Part shown: in pieces, positions 40,479 through 52,000 of the stretch
How positions within the stretch are numbered: the stretch's first letter is position 1
How the letters are laid out: each line of letters opens with the position of its first letter
DNA from: an uncultured archaeon
GTDB lineage: Archaea > Thermoplasmatota > Penumbrarchaeia > JASLWR01
Assembly: GCA_964342815.1 (NCBI GenBank)
Contig: CAYFHS010000025.1
Coordinates: forward strand, 1-57,313
DNA: 57,313 nucleotides
Direction: 5' to 3'
Notes under the pieces: generated by a model
Databases searched by the model: none
Told to the model about the DNA's origin: nothing
The model's input: only the letters and a program-made list of their open reading frames with translations
Program-made: the position numbers and the translations under genes

Positions 40479-43400
40479 ATGAGGAGGATGTTGTCATTTA
40501 TTGTTCTGTTCCTTCTGCTTCCCCCCTCGTTCTCCTGTTTTTCACCGGTTTTCTCAAAGGTCAATGAAGCTTGGGTAAACTGCGAGGGTCATTTATCAGA
40601 TAACTTCAGCTCGGAAATATATTTCCAACGCAGCGATTTGGATGCGAATAATGGAAGCAATATCGAACAGGATTACATTGGGGGTTCCTGGTTTAATGGT
40701 TTTGACGATGAAAAGAGGTGGGATTCATTTGAGAATGTGACCGTGGATAACGGGAAAGTTAGATTGGCTGACAACCGAATAACACCTAATGGGAATAGTG
40801 TAGGATTGTGGCATTTTGATGGGGGAGTCGGTTCCAAGGTTTTGGATTCCAGTGGGAATAACAATCACGGAGCCCTGCTGGGCGGATACCGGAACGATGG
40901 TCGTTTCGGAAAAGCTATACAGCTTGACGGAAATAACAATCATATTGAGGTCCCGACATCAGTGTCCCTGAACGTCTCTCGTAATATCACTCTTGAGGCT
41001 TGGATAAAAAGAGAGGAATCATACACAGCTGAAAGTATACTTTCGAAAGGGCCCTACGCAGTCAAGGTCGCAGCTGACGGAAGGGTATTTATGGAGATCA
41101 ATAACGGCTCCGAAACAATGGTTAACCGTGGATCGATTGGTCATGGTTTTGCCAAATCGCTTGTGAGCTATGATGGGAAGCTCTACGGTGGGACTACGTC
41201 AGGTAGGGTCTATATCTATAACGGCGGGACAAACTGGAGTAGTGTCGGACGCTTAGGAGCTAGTGTTTCTGTTTTTTCCCTTGCAGTACACGAAGGGGAA
41301 TTATATGGAGCCACCCATCCCAACGGTAGGCTATTCCGGTATAATGGTAAGGAAGATTGGATTGATGTTGGAAGATTGGGTGATGCCGTATCAGTGATAT
41401 CGTTAACAGTCTACAACGGTAAACTCTACGGTGGTACCGATCAATATGCGAAGGTTTTTCGGTATGATGGTGGTGCAACATGGAGCGAAGTGGGCCAATT
41501 GGAGGCAGACAAGGACGGCGAAGCTTACTCCATGACCGTCTACAACGGCAAGTTATACTGCGGTCACCGTCCATCGGCAAGAGTTCACCATTTCGATGGT
41601 AATTCTTGGACCAATACTGGCAAACTTGGTACTCCCGGAGCCAATAGTAACGTGGAAACCCTTGCTGTTTACAAGGGTAAACTATATGGAGGAACGTATC
41701 CTGAAGGAGCGGTTTATCGGTATAACGGGGGGGCCGGATGGACAAATGTGGGCAAGCTTGGGGACAACACGGCCTCGGTGACCATGGCGGTTTACAATGG
41801 CAATCTCTATGGAGGAGGAGGTCATAGTAGTGGAATGCCCGCTACTGTATATCGGTATGAAGGTGGAAGCAATTGGGAATCCCTTCCCTCGTCGAGCAGT
41901 TTTATAAAAGCAACTTCTTTTGTGACCTATGATGGAAAATTATTCATAAGTACACGTGAGAACGATTTTGTCTATTCCATGGGTGACGGTCTTGCTGTTT
42001 ATTCTCCTACCCCGATCCCCCGCGACGATTTCGTTCACATAGGTGCTACTTACAACGGTACAATGGCAAATCTATTCATTAACGGAGAAAAGGTAAACTC
42101 GTCGCATAAGGAAATAAATCTGGGTATTACTCGGTCAAATCTTCTCATCGGGAGTTCCCATGGATCTTCAAAAGGTGGGAGGTCCGGGAGCGGTGATGAA
42201 CATTTTAAAGGCATCATCGACGAGGTTTCAATATTCGATAAGGCGCGGTCAGTAGATGAGATCCGTCTCCATAACTATAGATATCGTCATAATGCAACCA
42301 TAAATAGTGAAAATATCACGCTCCCGAACGGGATGAACTGGTCTGTCCTATCAGTCTGTAAAACTGAGTCCCTCAATACAAATATCACAATAGACATTAT
42401 CGACACAAATGAGGCTAAGGTGATAGAGGGTTATAACGACCTGGCCTTTAGCAATGTAAATATATCGAACATTACTTCTTCAAGTATTCGCTTGGATTTC
42501 CATCTCTCGGGTAACGGCAGTGCCGTTCCTTTCCTCGTTTCATCCGGGATCGAATGGACTGCTGCAAATGGATGGAGGGACAGTTTTTCCGGGAGCAGCG
42601 GATCCCGTCTAAATCCGGAGACACCTGCAGTTATAGATAACGGTCATGCCCGGCTAAAATTCAATCGTGCGTCACCGGATAATACTTCGGGATTATGGGC
42701 TTTTGACGATGGATTTGGGGATATTGCGCGTGATCTATCAGGGAACATGAACAATGGAACCCTGAGCGGAGCAAAATGGGCTGTTGGTAGAATGGGTGGA
42801 GGACTGGAATTCGACGGGATAGACGATCATGTGAATATCGAGCTTAACGCCTCCGAGTCCTCTTACACCATGGAAATGTGGTTCAGAACTAATGATCCCA
42901 ACTGCGGATTATTTTCAACCGTGAGAGGTAACTTGGGGATTGGGGGTCATGACAGGGATATTTATCTAAAAAACGGAGATCTCCGCGCTAGGATTTTAGC
43001 AGATGAGACCGTAACCACGCAGGGAGTAAATTACAGCGATGGTAATTGGCACCATCTGGTGCATGTATTCGGAGGTGAGGAGGGAGGTCAAAAACTCTTT
43101 ATCGACGGGATCGAAAAGGCGGGTGGAAGAAAATCCGCCTCTGATTTCCACCGGCAGACCGGAATTATTATTGGGTATTCGCGGGATGCGGACCTTAAAT
43201 ATTTCAATGGTACCATTGACGAGGTCACCATTTATGATCGGGCATTATCCTCTGATTCGATAATCGCTCGCTCCCGCCTTTTTCAGTCGAATGCAACACT
43301 TCGCAGCAGAGACATTCAAATTCCCAACGGAAATACATGGCGTTTTCTTAAATTCAACCGTACTTTACACCGAAATACCTATCTCAATATATCTTTTCAC

Positions 43401-46400
43401 GATGCAATTACTGGACAAAAACTTCTCACAACAGGCGAAAATACTTCACAATACCAAATCGATCTTTCGGGGTTGAATGCCAGGATACATTCTTTGATAT
43501 ATCTGCAGGGTGAGCTCGGATCGAATATCTCACTTTCCCCGGAGCTTCATTCGTGGGGTGTAAATTGGACTCCGACTCGATATCCGGAACTGCAGTCTCA
43601 GATAGATGATATCGAGATATTGGAAGATGTTACCGGAGTCGCTATATTGGACCTCCGAGAACATTTTTACGACATTTATGACTCTATCGAGGAACCTAAA
43701 TTTGATATAGATTTTTCGTCTGATCCCAATGTAACCTTGAAGATCGAAAACCATTCACTGAAAGTAGATTCTCTTCCGGAGAATTGGACCGGTAAAACCG
43801 ATATAAAGATCAACTGTACGAACCTCTATGGTTTGACTTCTTCATCGAATATGTTCAATATCACGGTACTAAACGTGGATGATTTGCCTGTGTGGAAATC
43901 TGCGCTTCCTACGGTTGTGTTATTCGAAGGTAATTCGCGCACAACCGAATGGTCCCTTGTTGACTTTGTTAAGGATGGCGATAGTGATGAATTGAATTAT
44001 GTCGTCACACCGACCAATAATAATTCATTGAAAGCCAAGGTGGAAGATAATGGCACTGTTACCATCACGGCATTGGAGGATTATTTTGGTGATACCCACA
44101 TAGTCGTTTATGCATACCAAATACACAACCGGTCTCAATTAACCCGCAGTATGATACTGCCGGTTTCAGTGACACCGGTAAACGATCCACCGGAGGTCGA
44201 ACTTCAATCCCCTGCCCTTGGAGCATTGATAGGTGAACTTAACGCCACACTGCGCTGGAAAGTAATCGATGTGGATGACGAGCCGGCAAATCTGACCTAT
44301 GACCTGTATTTTGGGGAGGTTTCCGATCCCCCCATCTACAAGAGTGATATTAAGGGAACAAGCCTGACCATTCGGGGTCTTTCGGATGGAGCAACCTATT
44401 ACTGGTACGTAATACCCCGTGACCGAGAAAGCCAAGGGAATCTCATGAATGGTGAATGGAATTTTAAAATTGATGAAAATGTTCCGATCCCCGAAGTATC
44501 CCTTCTACGACCTGTTGACAGGACGGTTTTGAACACCACGAGGGCAAACCTGACCTGGTCCGCTCATAACTGGAATGGTGAAAACTTGGTCTACAAGGTA
44601 TATGCAGGTCTTAGCTACGACAGTATGGAAGAGATCGCGTCCACCGGGAAAACTTGGTATCTTATGGGGAATCCGAAGGATAATTCTACCTATTATTGGA
44701 CAGTAATTCCGGTTGCCGGGACCAGACAGGGTCGTTGTGTGCAGGGATTTTGGAGCTTCAATATTAGTTCCGCATTTGTCACTTTCTACAATTTCAGTTC
44801 ATCATCGAGCTTAGATCAGCTGGATATGAAACGGGGAGAAGTTGTTTTATTCAACTTTACCCTTGACAACAATGGAAACGTTCCGGTAAGCGTGACCCTC
44901 TTTGCTTCAGGGCATATATCGGGTTTTGTCGTCATGACCGGAAACGTTATTCTGCCACCGGGAGCAAAATTGGAAATTCCGGTACGTGTGGGACCCATAA
45001 CTGTCCTCAGTACCGGTAAATATGATCTTTTAATTGAGATCAAGCATCAGGAAGGAATCGAAAAATATCCGATTATTGTGAACCTCACTTCCGAGGATTT
45101 ACTTCCAGATGATGATGAAAACGATGATGATGACGATAACGGGGCTGTTGACTCAAAATCCATGCTAACTATTTTTGGATGGCTCGGTATCATTATTATT
45201 TTCCTCATACTGATTTTCCTGGTTTGCGGAATCTTGTTTCTTTTCAGAAAACGGGCCAAATCCCAATTTGATGAGCCGATTAATACTGTTCATACCGGAA
45301 AAATAGGAACTATCGAAGAAAAAAAAATAGATGAAAAGACATATAACCCGTATCCGAGTAAAATATCCAAACCCATAATCGCTCCAAGCATAAAACACGA
45401 TTATACAAGAAGAACGCAGCTTACAATACCTGAAACAATCCATAATACGTCCCGGCCTCCATGGACCAAAAAGGCTTATCCAGCTTCATTACCGGAAAAA
45501 GAAAAATCGAAAATAACTAATGAACCGCCACCGGATCCACCGCCAGGACCCGGCCCATCACCACCCCCAGTTTCTCGGGGACCTCAACTTATAGGAGTCG
45601 ATACAACTTTCAAGATCAGTGATATATTTCTCATTTACGTGGATGGGCGTTTGATAAATTCGGTATACTTTGATGATAAGGGCGGAGTGGATCAGGATAC
45701 CGTGGGAGGACTTCTTTCGGCTATAACCGATTTTATCAAGGATTCCTTCAAGGAGGATTCAGGAGCGCTTAAGGCGCTCGAGTACGGAAAGAAGACAATA
45801 TACCTCGAGCGGGGCGTCGCCATGTATGTGGCAACGGTCTTTCATGGGACTCCCCCCCCGGAATTACGGGAAAAAATGCGGGGCCTTCTGATTCGGGTCT
45901 GGGGAAAATATAAAATTAATTTGAAGGTATGGGATGGCAGCAAGAACGGGATGGAGGGCATCACATCAATGATGAGCTCAATGATGCACCAGGAGGAACC
46001 TATGGAAGAGATATCGGAAATTCCTCCCGAGATGCCACTTGATGAAAAATCTCTGCTTGTTCCAGACGACGTGTCTAAAAATATTCAATTGTTAAATGAT
46101 CCATCTCAGCCCCCACCGCAGATAAGCAAGACCACTACCGCTGTTATATGTGGAATCTGCATGGGTGTAGTGAAAACTGATCTGAAGGTTGTAACCTGTG
46201 GATGCCAGAAAAAATATCATCTAAGCTGCGCTAAAAGAATGAACAAATGTCCCAACTGCGGGATATCCCTATCCTTTTCGGATGAGATTCATTCAAATGA
46301 GGCGTCCGAATCATTGAGCAATATTTTTTCTGACTCAGTCCAACCTTCTCTGCATATTCAAATTGACGACGAAATAGAAATAAAAATGCTAGAAGAACAT

Positions 46401-46439
46401 ATTGAGAAGGAAAGCGAGGAGTTCAGGATTGATGTCTGA
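40479..46439 (+). CDS. Giant single-pass receptor-like protein A: LamG with inserted 7-blade propeller, second LamG, Ig/FN3-like domains, TM, longin-like domain, one C4HC3 RING-like finger
   Basis: Signal peptide; two GLWxFDxG...DxSGNxN LamG starts; seven xYxGKLYGG repeats (about 41157-41984); TM about 45162-45245; CGIC-x12-CGC-x4-H-x2-C-x6-CPNC at 46149-46262; ends EEFRIDV. Confidence 0.88.
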   Translation: MRRMLSFIVLFLLLPPSFSCFSPVFSKVNEAWVNCEGHLSDNFSSEIYFQRSDLDANNGSNIEQDYIGGSWFNGFDDEKRWDSFENVTVDNGKVRLADNRITPNGNSVGLWHFDGGVGSKVLDSSGNNNHGALLGGYRNDGRFGKAIQLDGNNNHIEVPTSVSLNVSRNITLEAWIKREESYTAESILSKGPYAVKVAADGRVFMEINNGSETMVNRGSIGHGFAKSLVSYDGKLYGGTTSGRVYIYNGGTNWSSVGRLGASVSVFSLAVHEGELYGATHPNGRLFRYNGKEDWIDVGRLGDAVSVISLTVYNGKLYGGTDQYAKVFRYDGGATWSEVGQLEADKDGEAYSMTVYNGKLYCGHRPSARVHHFDGNSWTNTGKLGTPGANSNVETLAVYKGKLYGGTYPEGAVYRYNGGAGWTNVGKLGDNTASVTMAVYNGNLYGGGGHSSGMPATVYRYEGGSNWESLPSSSSFIKATSFVTYDGKLFISTRENDFVYSMGDGLAVYSPTPIPRDDFVHIGATYNGTMANLFINGEKVNSSHKEINLGITRSNLLIGSSHGSSKGGRSGSGDEHFKGIIDEVSIFDKARSVDEIRLHNYRYRHNATINSENITLPNGMNWSVLSVCKTESLNTNITIDIIDTNEAKVIEGYNDLAFSNVNISNITSSSIRLDFHLSGNGSAVPFLVSSGIEWTAANGWRDSFSGSSGSRLNPETPAVIDNGHARLKFNRASPDNTSGLWAFDDGFGDIARDLSGNMNNGTLSGAKWAVGRMGGGLEFDGIDDHVNIELNASESSYTMEMWFRTNDPNCGLFSTVRGNLGIGGHDRDIYLKNGDLRARILADETVTTQGVNYSDGNWHHLVHVFGGEEGGQKLFIDGIEKAGGRKSASDFHRQTGIIIGYSRDADLKYFNGTIDEVTIYDRALSSDSIIARSRLFQSNATLRSRDIQIPNGNTWRFLKFNRTLHRNTYLNISFHDAITGQKLLTTGENTSQYQIDLSGLNARIHSLIYLQGELGSNISLSPELHSWGVNWTPTRYPELQSQIDDIEILEDVTGVAILDLREHFYDIYDSIEEPKFDIDFSSDPNVTLKIENHSLKVDSLPENWTGKTDIKINCTNLYGLTSSSNMFNITVLNVDDLPVWKSALPTVVLFEGNSRTTEWSLVDFVKDGDSDELNYVVTPTNNNSLKAKVEDNGTVTITALEDYFGDTHIVVYAYQIHNRSQLTRSMILPVSVTPVNDPPEVELQSPALGALIGELNATLRWKVIDVDDEPANLTYDLYFGEVSDPPIYKSDIKGTSLTIRGLSDGATYYWYVIPRDRESQGNLMNGEWNFKIDENVPIPEVSLLRPVDRTVLNTTRANLTWSAHNWNGENLVYKVYAGLSYDSMEEIASTGKTWYLMGNPKDNSTYYWTVIPVAGTRQGRCVQGFWSFNISSAFVTFYNFSSSSSLDQLDMKRGEVVLFNFTLDNNGNVPVSVTLFASGHISGFVVMTGNVILPPGAKLEIPVRVGPITVLSTGKYDLLIEIKHQEGIEKYPIIVNLTSEDLLPDDDENDDDDDNGAVDSKSMLTIFGWLGIIIIFLILIFLVCGILFLFRKRAKSQFDEPINTVHTGKIGTIEEKKIDEKTYNPYPSKISKPIIAPSIKHDYTRRTQLTIPETIHNTSRPPWTKKAYPASLPEKEKSKITNEPPPDPPPGPGPSPPPVSRGPQLIGVDTTFKISDIFLIYVDGRLINSVYFDDKGGVDQDTVGGLLSAITDFIKDSFKEDSGALKALEYGKKTIYLERGVAMYVATVFHGTPPPELREKMRGLLIRVWGKYKINLKVWDGSKNGMEGITSMMSSMMHQEEPMEEISEIPPEMPLDEKSLLVPDDVSKNIQLLNDPSQPPPQISKTTTAVICGICMGVVKTDLKVVTCGCQKKYHLSCAKRMNKCPNCGISLSFSDEIHSNEASESLSNIFSDSVQPSLHIQIDDEIEIKMLEEHIEKESEEFRIDV

Positions 46440-47709
46440 AATAAAAGATCACAGGAGTGCGTCCGTGCCAATTTTTAAAAATGAACGTCCCGAAGACACC
46501 GGGAAGGTTCGAAGGGTTTTTAATCCCGCAACGGGTTTCCAGGAGAATAAATATCCAATTGCAATCGATGAAGCAAGCGGTCACGCACATTCCGGTCCTC
46601 AGATCGTCTCCATGGAATTGAGCTCCATGTGCAATCTCCGCTGTATAATGTGCGGCTTTCATTCAATACACAAAAAAGATCGTGGGGAGGGTCGGCACAT
46701 GCCAATGGAACTATTCACCCGGACTGTGCCATTTATGGAAAGAGCAGAGCTGGTGCCGTTGTGCGGTGGTGGTGAGCCTCTTCTGAATCCCAGTTTTTGT
46801 CAAATGCTTCGTAAAATTACCGATATCGGAGTTCCCACAACCATAACGACCAATGGTATTCTGTTAACCCCGAAGCGTATAGAGGAGATCGTGGAAGCCG
46901 GTCTTACCTATATTGAGATTTCCGTGGACGGGACACTCTCATACGAAAGAATTAGGGGAGTTCCTTTCCTTCGACTTGAGAAAAATCTAACAAATTTGGC
47001 CCGATACAAAAAAGATAACAATAACAGAACACCAATAATAGATCTGTCCTACACTGCCATGAGGGACACTTTGGGCGAGCTGGATGATATTGTAAAATTG
47101 GGTGCGGAGATCGGGGTAAGGGAAATACGGGTACAACCGCTGCAGATATGTTTTGCTCAGCTAATTGACCAGAATATTTACCAGGACCGGGCTAGGTCCA
47201 TTAGTTATATACAAAAGGCAAAGGAAAAAGCGGAATCCCTGGGGATGAAACTCATTGTACGAAGACTTACGTTTTTGGATGATGAGAGATACGGGGATGA
47301 CGAGGATGCAAATTATTACCTGAAAAAATATAACTGCCTGGAGCCTTTCAACTCCATGACCATTCTCGCAGACGGGAGGATACAGGTCTGCTGCGCGGGA
47401 ATTACTCTTACAGAATCACTTTGGACCCATACGCCGGACGAGATATGGAACTCCGATAATATGAAACGACTGAGGCAGGAATTGATCAAGGGTGAATTCA
47501 GGAAAAGATGTAAATCCTGCAACCTGATACACGGCTCTAAAGAGAACCAGGTGATAATGCAGGACAAGGTGACTCTTTCAGCACTGCTTCGCATGGAGCG
47601 AAAAGCATTTCTATTATACCGGGAGCACTTGAAAAAGAGAGGGATAGTGAAAGGGAACCTGGATGCCTTGAAAAGGCTTTACAATGACCTTGCGGGAGGT
47701 ATGGAATGA
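46432..47709 (+). CDS. Radical SAM protein with SPASM/Twitch-type C-terminal domain
   Basis: CNLRCIMC, GGGEP, TTNG, ISVDG, CLEPF...ADGRIQVCC...EIWNS...CKSC; ATG overlaps the end of the upstream gene. Confidence 0.92.
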   Translation: MSEIKDHRSASVPIFKNERPEDTGKVRRVFNPATGFQENKYPIAIDEASGHAHSGPQIVSMELSSMCNLRCIMCGFHSIHKKDRGEGRHMPMELFTRTVPFMERAELVPLCGGGEPLLNPSFCQMLRKITDIGVPTTITTNGILLTPKRIEEIVEAGLTYIEISVDGTLSYERIRGVPFLRLEKNLTNLARYKKDNNNRTPIIDLSYTAMRDTLGELDDIVKLGAEIGVREIRVQPLQICFAQLIDQNIYQDRARSISYIQKAKEKAESLGMKLIVRRLTFLDDERYGDDEDANYYLKKYNCLEPFNSMTILADGRIQVCCAGITLTESLWTHTPDEIWNSDNMKRLRQELIKGEFRKRCKSCNLIHGSKENQVIMQDKVTLSALLRMERKAFLLYREHLKKRGIVKGNLDALKRLYNDLAGGME

Positions 47710-48305
47710 ATGGAGTTTTTGATCGAGCCATGGCAAGGAGAATAAGGTGGTATAACTTTTTCAAGAATCTCCCGGGGGATCTCGCCCACGGACTGCGGAA
47801 AAAGTATGCTCCCATCAGGGGAATTCCACCTAACCTGATCGAGAGGGGTGTTACATTCATTTATCCTGAGTATGATTTCTGCTGGCCCCCGGAGATAACT
47901 TTGGGAAGGAACGCGAAATTAAGGGCAAATACCGCATTTGCAGGGTCAATTATTCTAGGGGACGACGTGGTTGTTGGTCATCATTCCATTCTTTGGGCAA
48001 TCGGTGGCGGCAATAATTATATAAAAGTTGGGAACGGCTCCGGACTCGGTGCCTTCTCCGTTCTCATGACCCGTTATCACCAGTACCGCAAGAAGAATGT
48101 CAAGTTCATTGACCAGGGCGCAGTGGAGGGTAAACCGATCATAATCGGGGATGACTGCTGGATCGGAATCAGAAGCATTATCATGCCAGGAGTAACCATA
48201 GGTGATGGGGCAGTTGTAGGTGCGGGGGCGGTAGTTACGAAATCGGTAAAACCGTACAAGGTGGTTGCGGGGAATCCTGCCAAGGTCATCGGGGAAAGGA
48301 AATAG
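47706..48305 (+). CDS. Hexapeptide-repeat O-acyltransferase (LbH; WcaF/maltose-acetyltransferase-like)
   Basis: PIIIGDDCWIGIRSIIMPGVTIGDGAVVGAGAVVTKSV...VAGNPAKVI. Confidence 0.92.
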   Translation: MNGVFDRAMARRIRWYNFFKNLPGDLAHGLRKKYAPIRGIPPNLIERGVTFIYPEYDFCWPPEITLGRNAKLRANTAFAGSIILGDDVVVGHHSILWAIGGGNNYIKVGNGSGLGAFSVLMTRYHQYRKKNVKFIDQGAVEGKPIIIGDDCWIGIRSIIMPGVTIGDGAVVGAGAVVTKSVKPYKVVAGNPAKVIGERK

Positions 48306-48316
48306 TAGAAAAAAAA

Positions 48317-48919
48317 TTACATTTCCATATCCATTTGCTTTCTTTCATATCTTAGCTTGATCCAACCCGCGGTGTCAATATTTTTTATCATGCACATGTC
48401 AAAGAAATAATAGCAATCCGCGTACTCAATTTTAAATTTTAGTCCAGTGATATTTACGCTGTTGAAAAACCAGTAATAACCCGATTCACCATCGGTTTCC
48501 CAAGTCGACAATCCCGGATAATCTGATTTATAGAATTGGACGTTCTGCTTGATGTCGAATGGTCCTTTTACGGTATAGGGATCACAGGAGAACCACATCC
48601 AGAATTGACCGGATGGAATCGGACTGATCCGTATACCTTTTCCGTATTCAGTATCAACATAATCGTAGGTGTAATTGTGGAAATCGGTGACATTCTGAAA
48701 TGTAGATAATTCTAGTGTCCTGCCATTTTGTATTGGAGCTGGGATGATTATGTATGAAGTATTGTTGATATTATCCGATTCTATTTTAAAATTCAATAAT
48801 AATTTGTTGTATGTTTCGCTGAAATATTCTTTATCTTTCTTCTCTTCGTCGAGACAACCGGAGCTGGTCACCATTATTCCGGTTAAAAGGAGAATAATTA
48901 AAATGGATTGAATTTTCAT
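48317..48919 (-). CDS. Putative archaeal lipoprotein
   Basis: MKIQSILIILLLTGIMVTSSGCLD: signal peptide with SGC lipobox; ATG 48919. Confidence 0.7.
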   Translation of the reverse strand: MKIQSILIILLLTGIMVTSSGCLDEEKKDKEYFSETYNKLLLNFKIESDNINNTSYIIIPAPIQNGRTLELSTFQNVTDFHNYTYDYVDTEYGKGIRISPIPSGQFWMWFSCDPYTVKGPFDIKQNVQFYKSDYPGLSTWETDGESGYYWFFNSVNITGLKFKIEYADCYYFFDMCMIKNIDTAGWIKLRYERKQMDMEM

Positions 48920-49073
48920 GGACTTACTTCCGTTAGTAGTTGAACCCGCCAAAATTATTTTAGCGTTTTGTACATATTCGAAATTATTATTATTTATCCA
49001 GAGTAGTTCCATCAGGGATGGAAGAAGAGTTTATAAAGGATAACCTGTATATAATAGGAAATTCAATCCGAGT

Positions 49074-52000
49074 ATGGTGGAAACGATGAAGAGGATTCTA
49101 TCGGTCTGTTTTATCCTGATGCTGTTAATACAACTTTCAGGATCTTTTCATTTTTATTCCAAAGAAAAATTTGAGGAATCCGAAATCACGACAAAAACAC
49201 CTCGCTCGGTCATTCCGTTTGAGTCTATGGAGGAGTTCACTCCTGATCTAGAGGATATACCCCCCGCGAACAGCGGCCCTGTAAGATCCTTGATTCGCGT
49301 GGAAAATGACGAAATGGGCGGTTCATGGTTGGACGATTTCGATGATGCAAGCGGGATCAATCAAACACAAGGAATGAAAGTTGGCGACGGAAAAGCTGAA
49401 ACTGATCTCTGGATGTATAAAAAACAAATTACCATTATCAACAATGGTGGTTTATCCGAAAATTACCCATTGAACGTTACTCTGACAATAGATAATTTCG
49501 ATTATTTGAAGGCGGATACACATGGTGATGATATTCGCTTTACAGATAGTACAGATAAAAATTTGAATTACTGGATCGAGGAATGGAACTCTAGTGGTAC
49601 CAGCAGGGTATGGGTGAACGTCAGCAACATACCATCCGGAAATTCACAAATCCGGCTTAAGTACGGTAATCCTCATGCCGATCCCGCATCAAATGGTACT
49701 CGTGTATTTTCTTATTTCGATCACTGGACCGCAGATAACACCGGAGATTGGCTCCATGGAACCCCCGATCAGGACAACAATCATCACACTTACTGGGAGA
49801 ATACGACATCTCAATCATTTGATCGTGTACTTAGTACGAAATTCAGGATGAAGAGCTGGAACAAAGGGGCCTGGGACTGGGCTGTAATGGGCTGGTCCTC
49901 CAACCGCAGCAGTCTCTGGGATGATGTGGATCACTGCCTCGTTCAGTGGAGCATGAAAGAGAGCGACGGCGCTAAAAACACCTTGGTTCCTATTCGTTTG
50001 AGCATCAATAATGGACCCAACTCATCGGTCACACAATTCAATTACGTCCCAAAACCGGACCCAAACCACAATCTATCGTTTAAGATAAATTATCGGTCCG
50101 ACAGAGTGTCATACGAATGGTGGAATCTTGCAAACAACAGCCTCCTTGCTGCAGATGAAATTAATGGTCTTTCGAACATATCGTCTCCCGCGGTCTCACG
50201 ATATTTTTTCGTTCAGCAGGTTGACAGCGCTGGAGCTACCTTCTCCTGGCTGCCGCCAACTTATCTGAAATGGGGTAATAATCCAGCAAACGGAGGGGGA
50301 GAATGGCAGTTCGATCATTGGTTCATACGAAAATATTCCAATCATCCTACAATTATTTACGGTGCGGAGATGGACGAGCCTTCACCGTTCATTACTTCGA
50401 TACCTGTAACCCTTTCTGAGGGTATGTACTGGGATGACTTCTCTGCGATAATGTCAGAGCCTATGGGCACGGAAATAAAATTCTCCATACTGGACACCAC
50501 AACGGGATCGGCAATAGTGGGATTGGAAAATCTAACCGTTCCCAATGTTAACCTTTCACGCCTCAACGATATGGATGTCGATTCCATCAGATTGAAAACG
50601 GAATTTTCCTCCAACGGAAGGCAGTCTCCATCAATGGAATCGTGGGGAGTGCAGTGGATTAGATCTTCAACATGGAGGGACAGCTTTACCGGTCAGGGTA
50701 TGTGCGGCGGTGGAGTGGAGGGTAAGACAGATCCCGACACAGTGGGACTGTGGCATTTCAACGAAGAGGACGGAAATACAATAATTGACCAAAGCGGCAA
50801 CAATAATGACGGAACCATGAAGAATATGAATGTCGGGAACCGAGTGATCGGGAGATTTGCAGGTGGAATGAAATTCAACGGGAGCACGAATTATGTAGAG
50901 GTCCCGGACAGTCCCAGTTTACACAATGATGGAAATTTTACTATTGGTGCGTGGATACGTCGGACAGCACCCTACGTAGGCGAGGATTGGCGTAATATGG
51001 GAACCGTGGCGAGCAAAGGAAGGGATGCCCAAATGGGCTCGTACAATCTCATGACAACGGTAAATTCCTCCAATAATATTCGGTATATATTCAATATTCA
51101 TTTTCTGGAAAGCCCTGCAAATGGTGATACCGTGGAGTGGCAATCCCCTCATATCATCGGGACATGGCATTATGTGGCAGCGAGATATTCAGGAACAGAG
51201 ATGAGTCTTTGGGTAGACGGTGTTAGACGGGTAAAAAAGGATGTTCGGGATAGACATATTACGGTGAGTATGTCACCTTTTTCCATTGGTCGGATGACCG
51301 GGTCCGAGTCGAGGTACTTTTTTGGAGGTGACATCGATGAAATTAGATTGAGTGACGTGGCCCGCTCTCAAGAGGAGATAATGAACGATTTTCTGGTGGG
51401 TATTTCAATATCGGGGGGACGAGCTCTGCCAGAAAATGAATACTCGAACGTTACTCTACGCTCAGATATCATTCGTTTATCCTCCCCATATATATGGAAT
51501 ACTCTTCGTATCCAGCGCTCGGTCCCGGAGAATACTTTTCTTAATATATCGGTCCACGACGCGGTCACTGGGGAAAGATTATTTGGTGATAGGACCGATC
51601 TCGAAACCACCTACCTGGAACTTGCAGGATCCATAAACGCAAGGGAGCACCCGACCATTTATCTTGAAGCGAACTTTATTTCCAACCATACATTCTCTCC
51701 TGTCCTCTATGATTGGGCTGTGAATTGGTCCATACCGGAATCACCTCAATTGTTGACTGATATAACCGATTTTCCCATCTCCGAGGAAACGAATGTAAGC
51801 AAATTATTGAATTTTTCCGACCATTTTTACGATCAATATCATAGGATCGAGCCGTCACTATTTACCCTTGAGAATCTAACGGACCGAACAAACCTGATAC
51901 TGGAAGTTATCGGGGAGGAACTCCATATTGCAAAACTGGTAGAGAACTACTCGGGGACCATCTCCCTCTACGTTACCTGCACAAACGTTTACGGGTTGGA

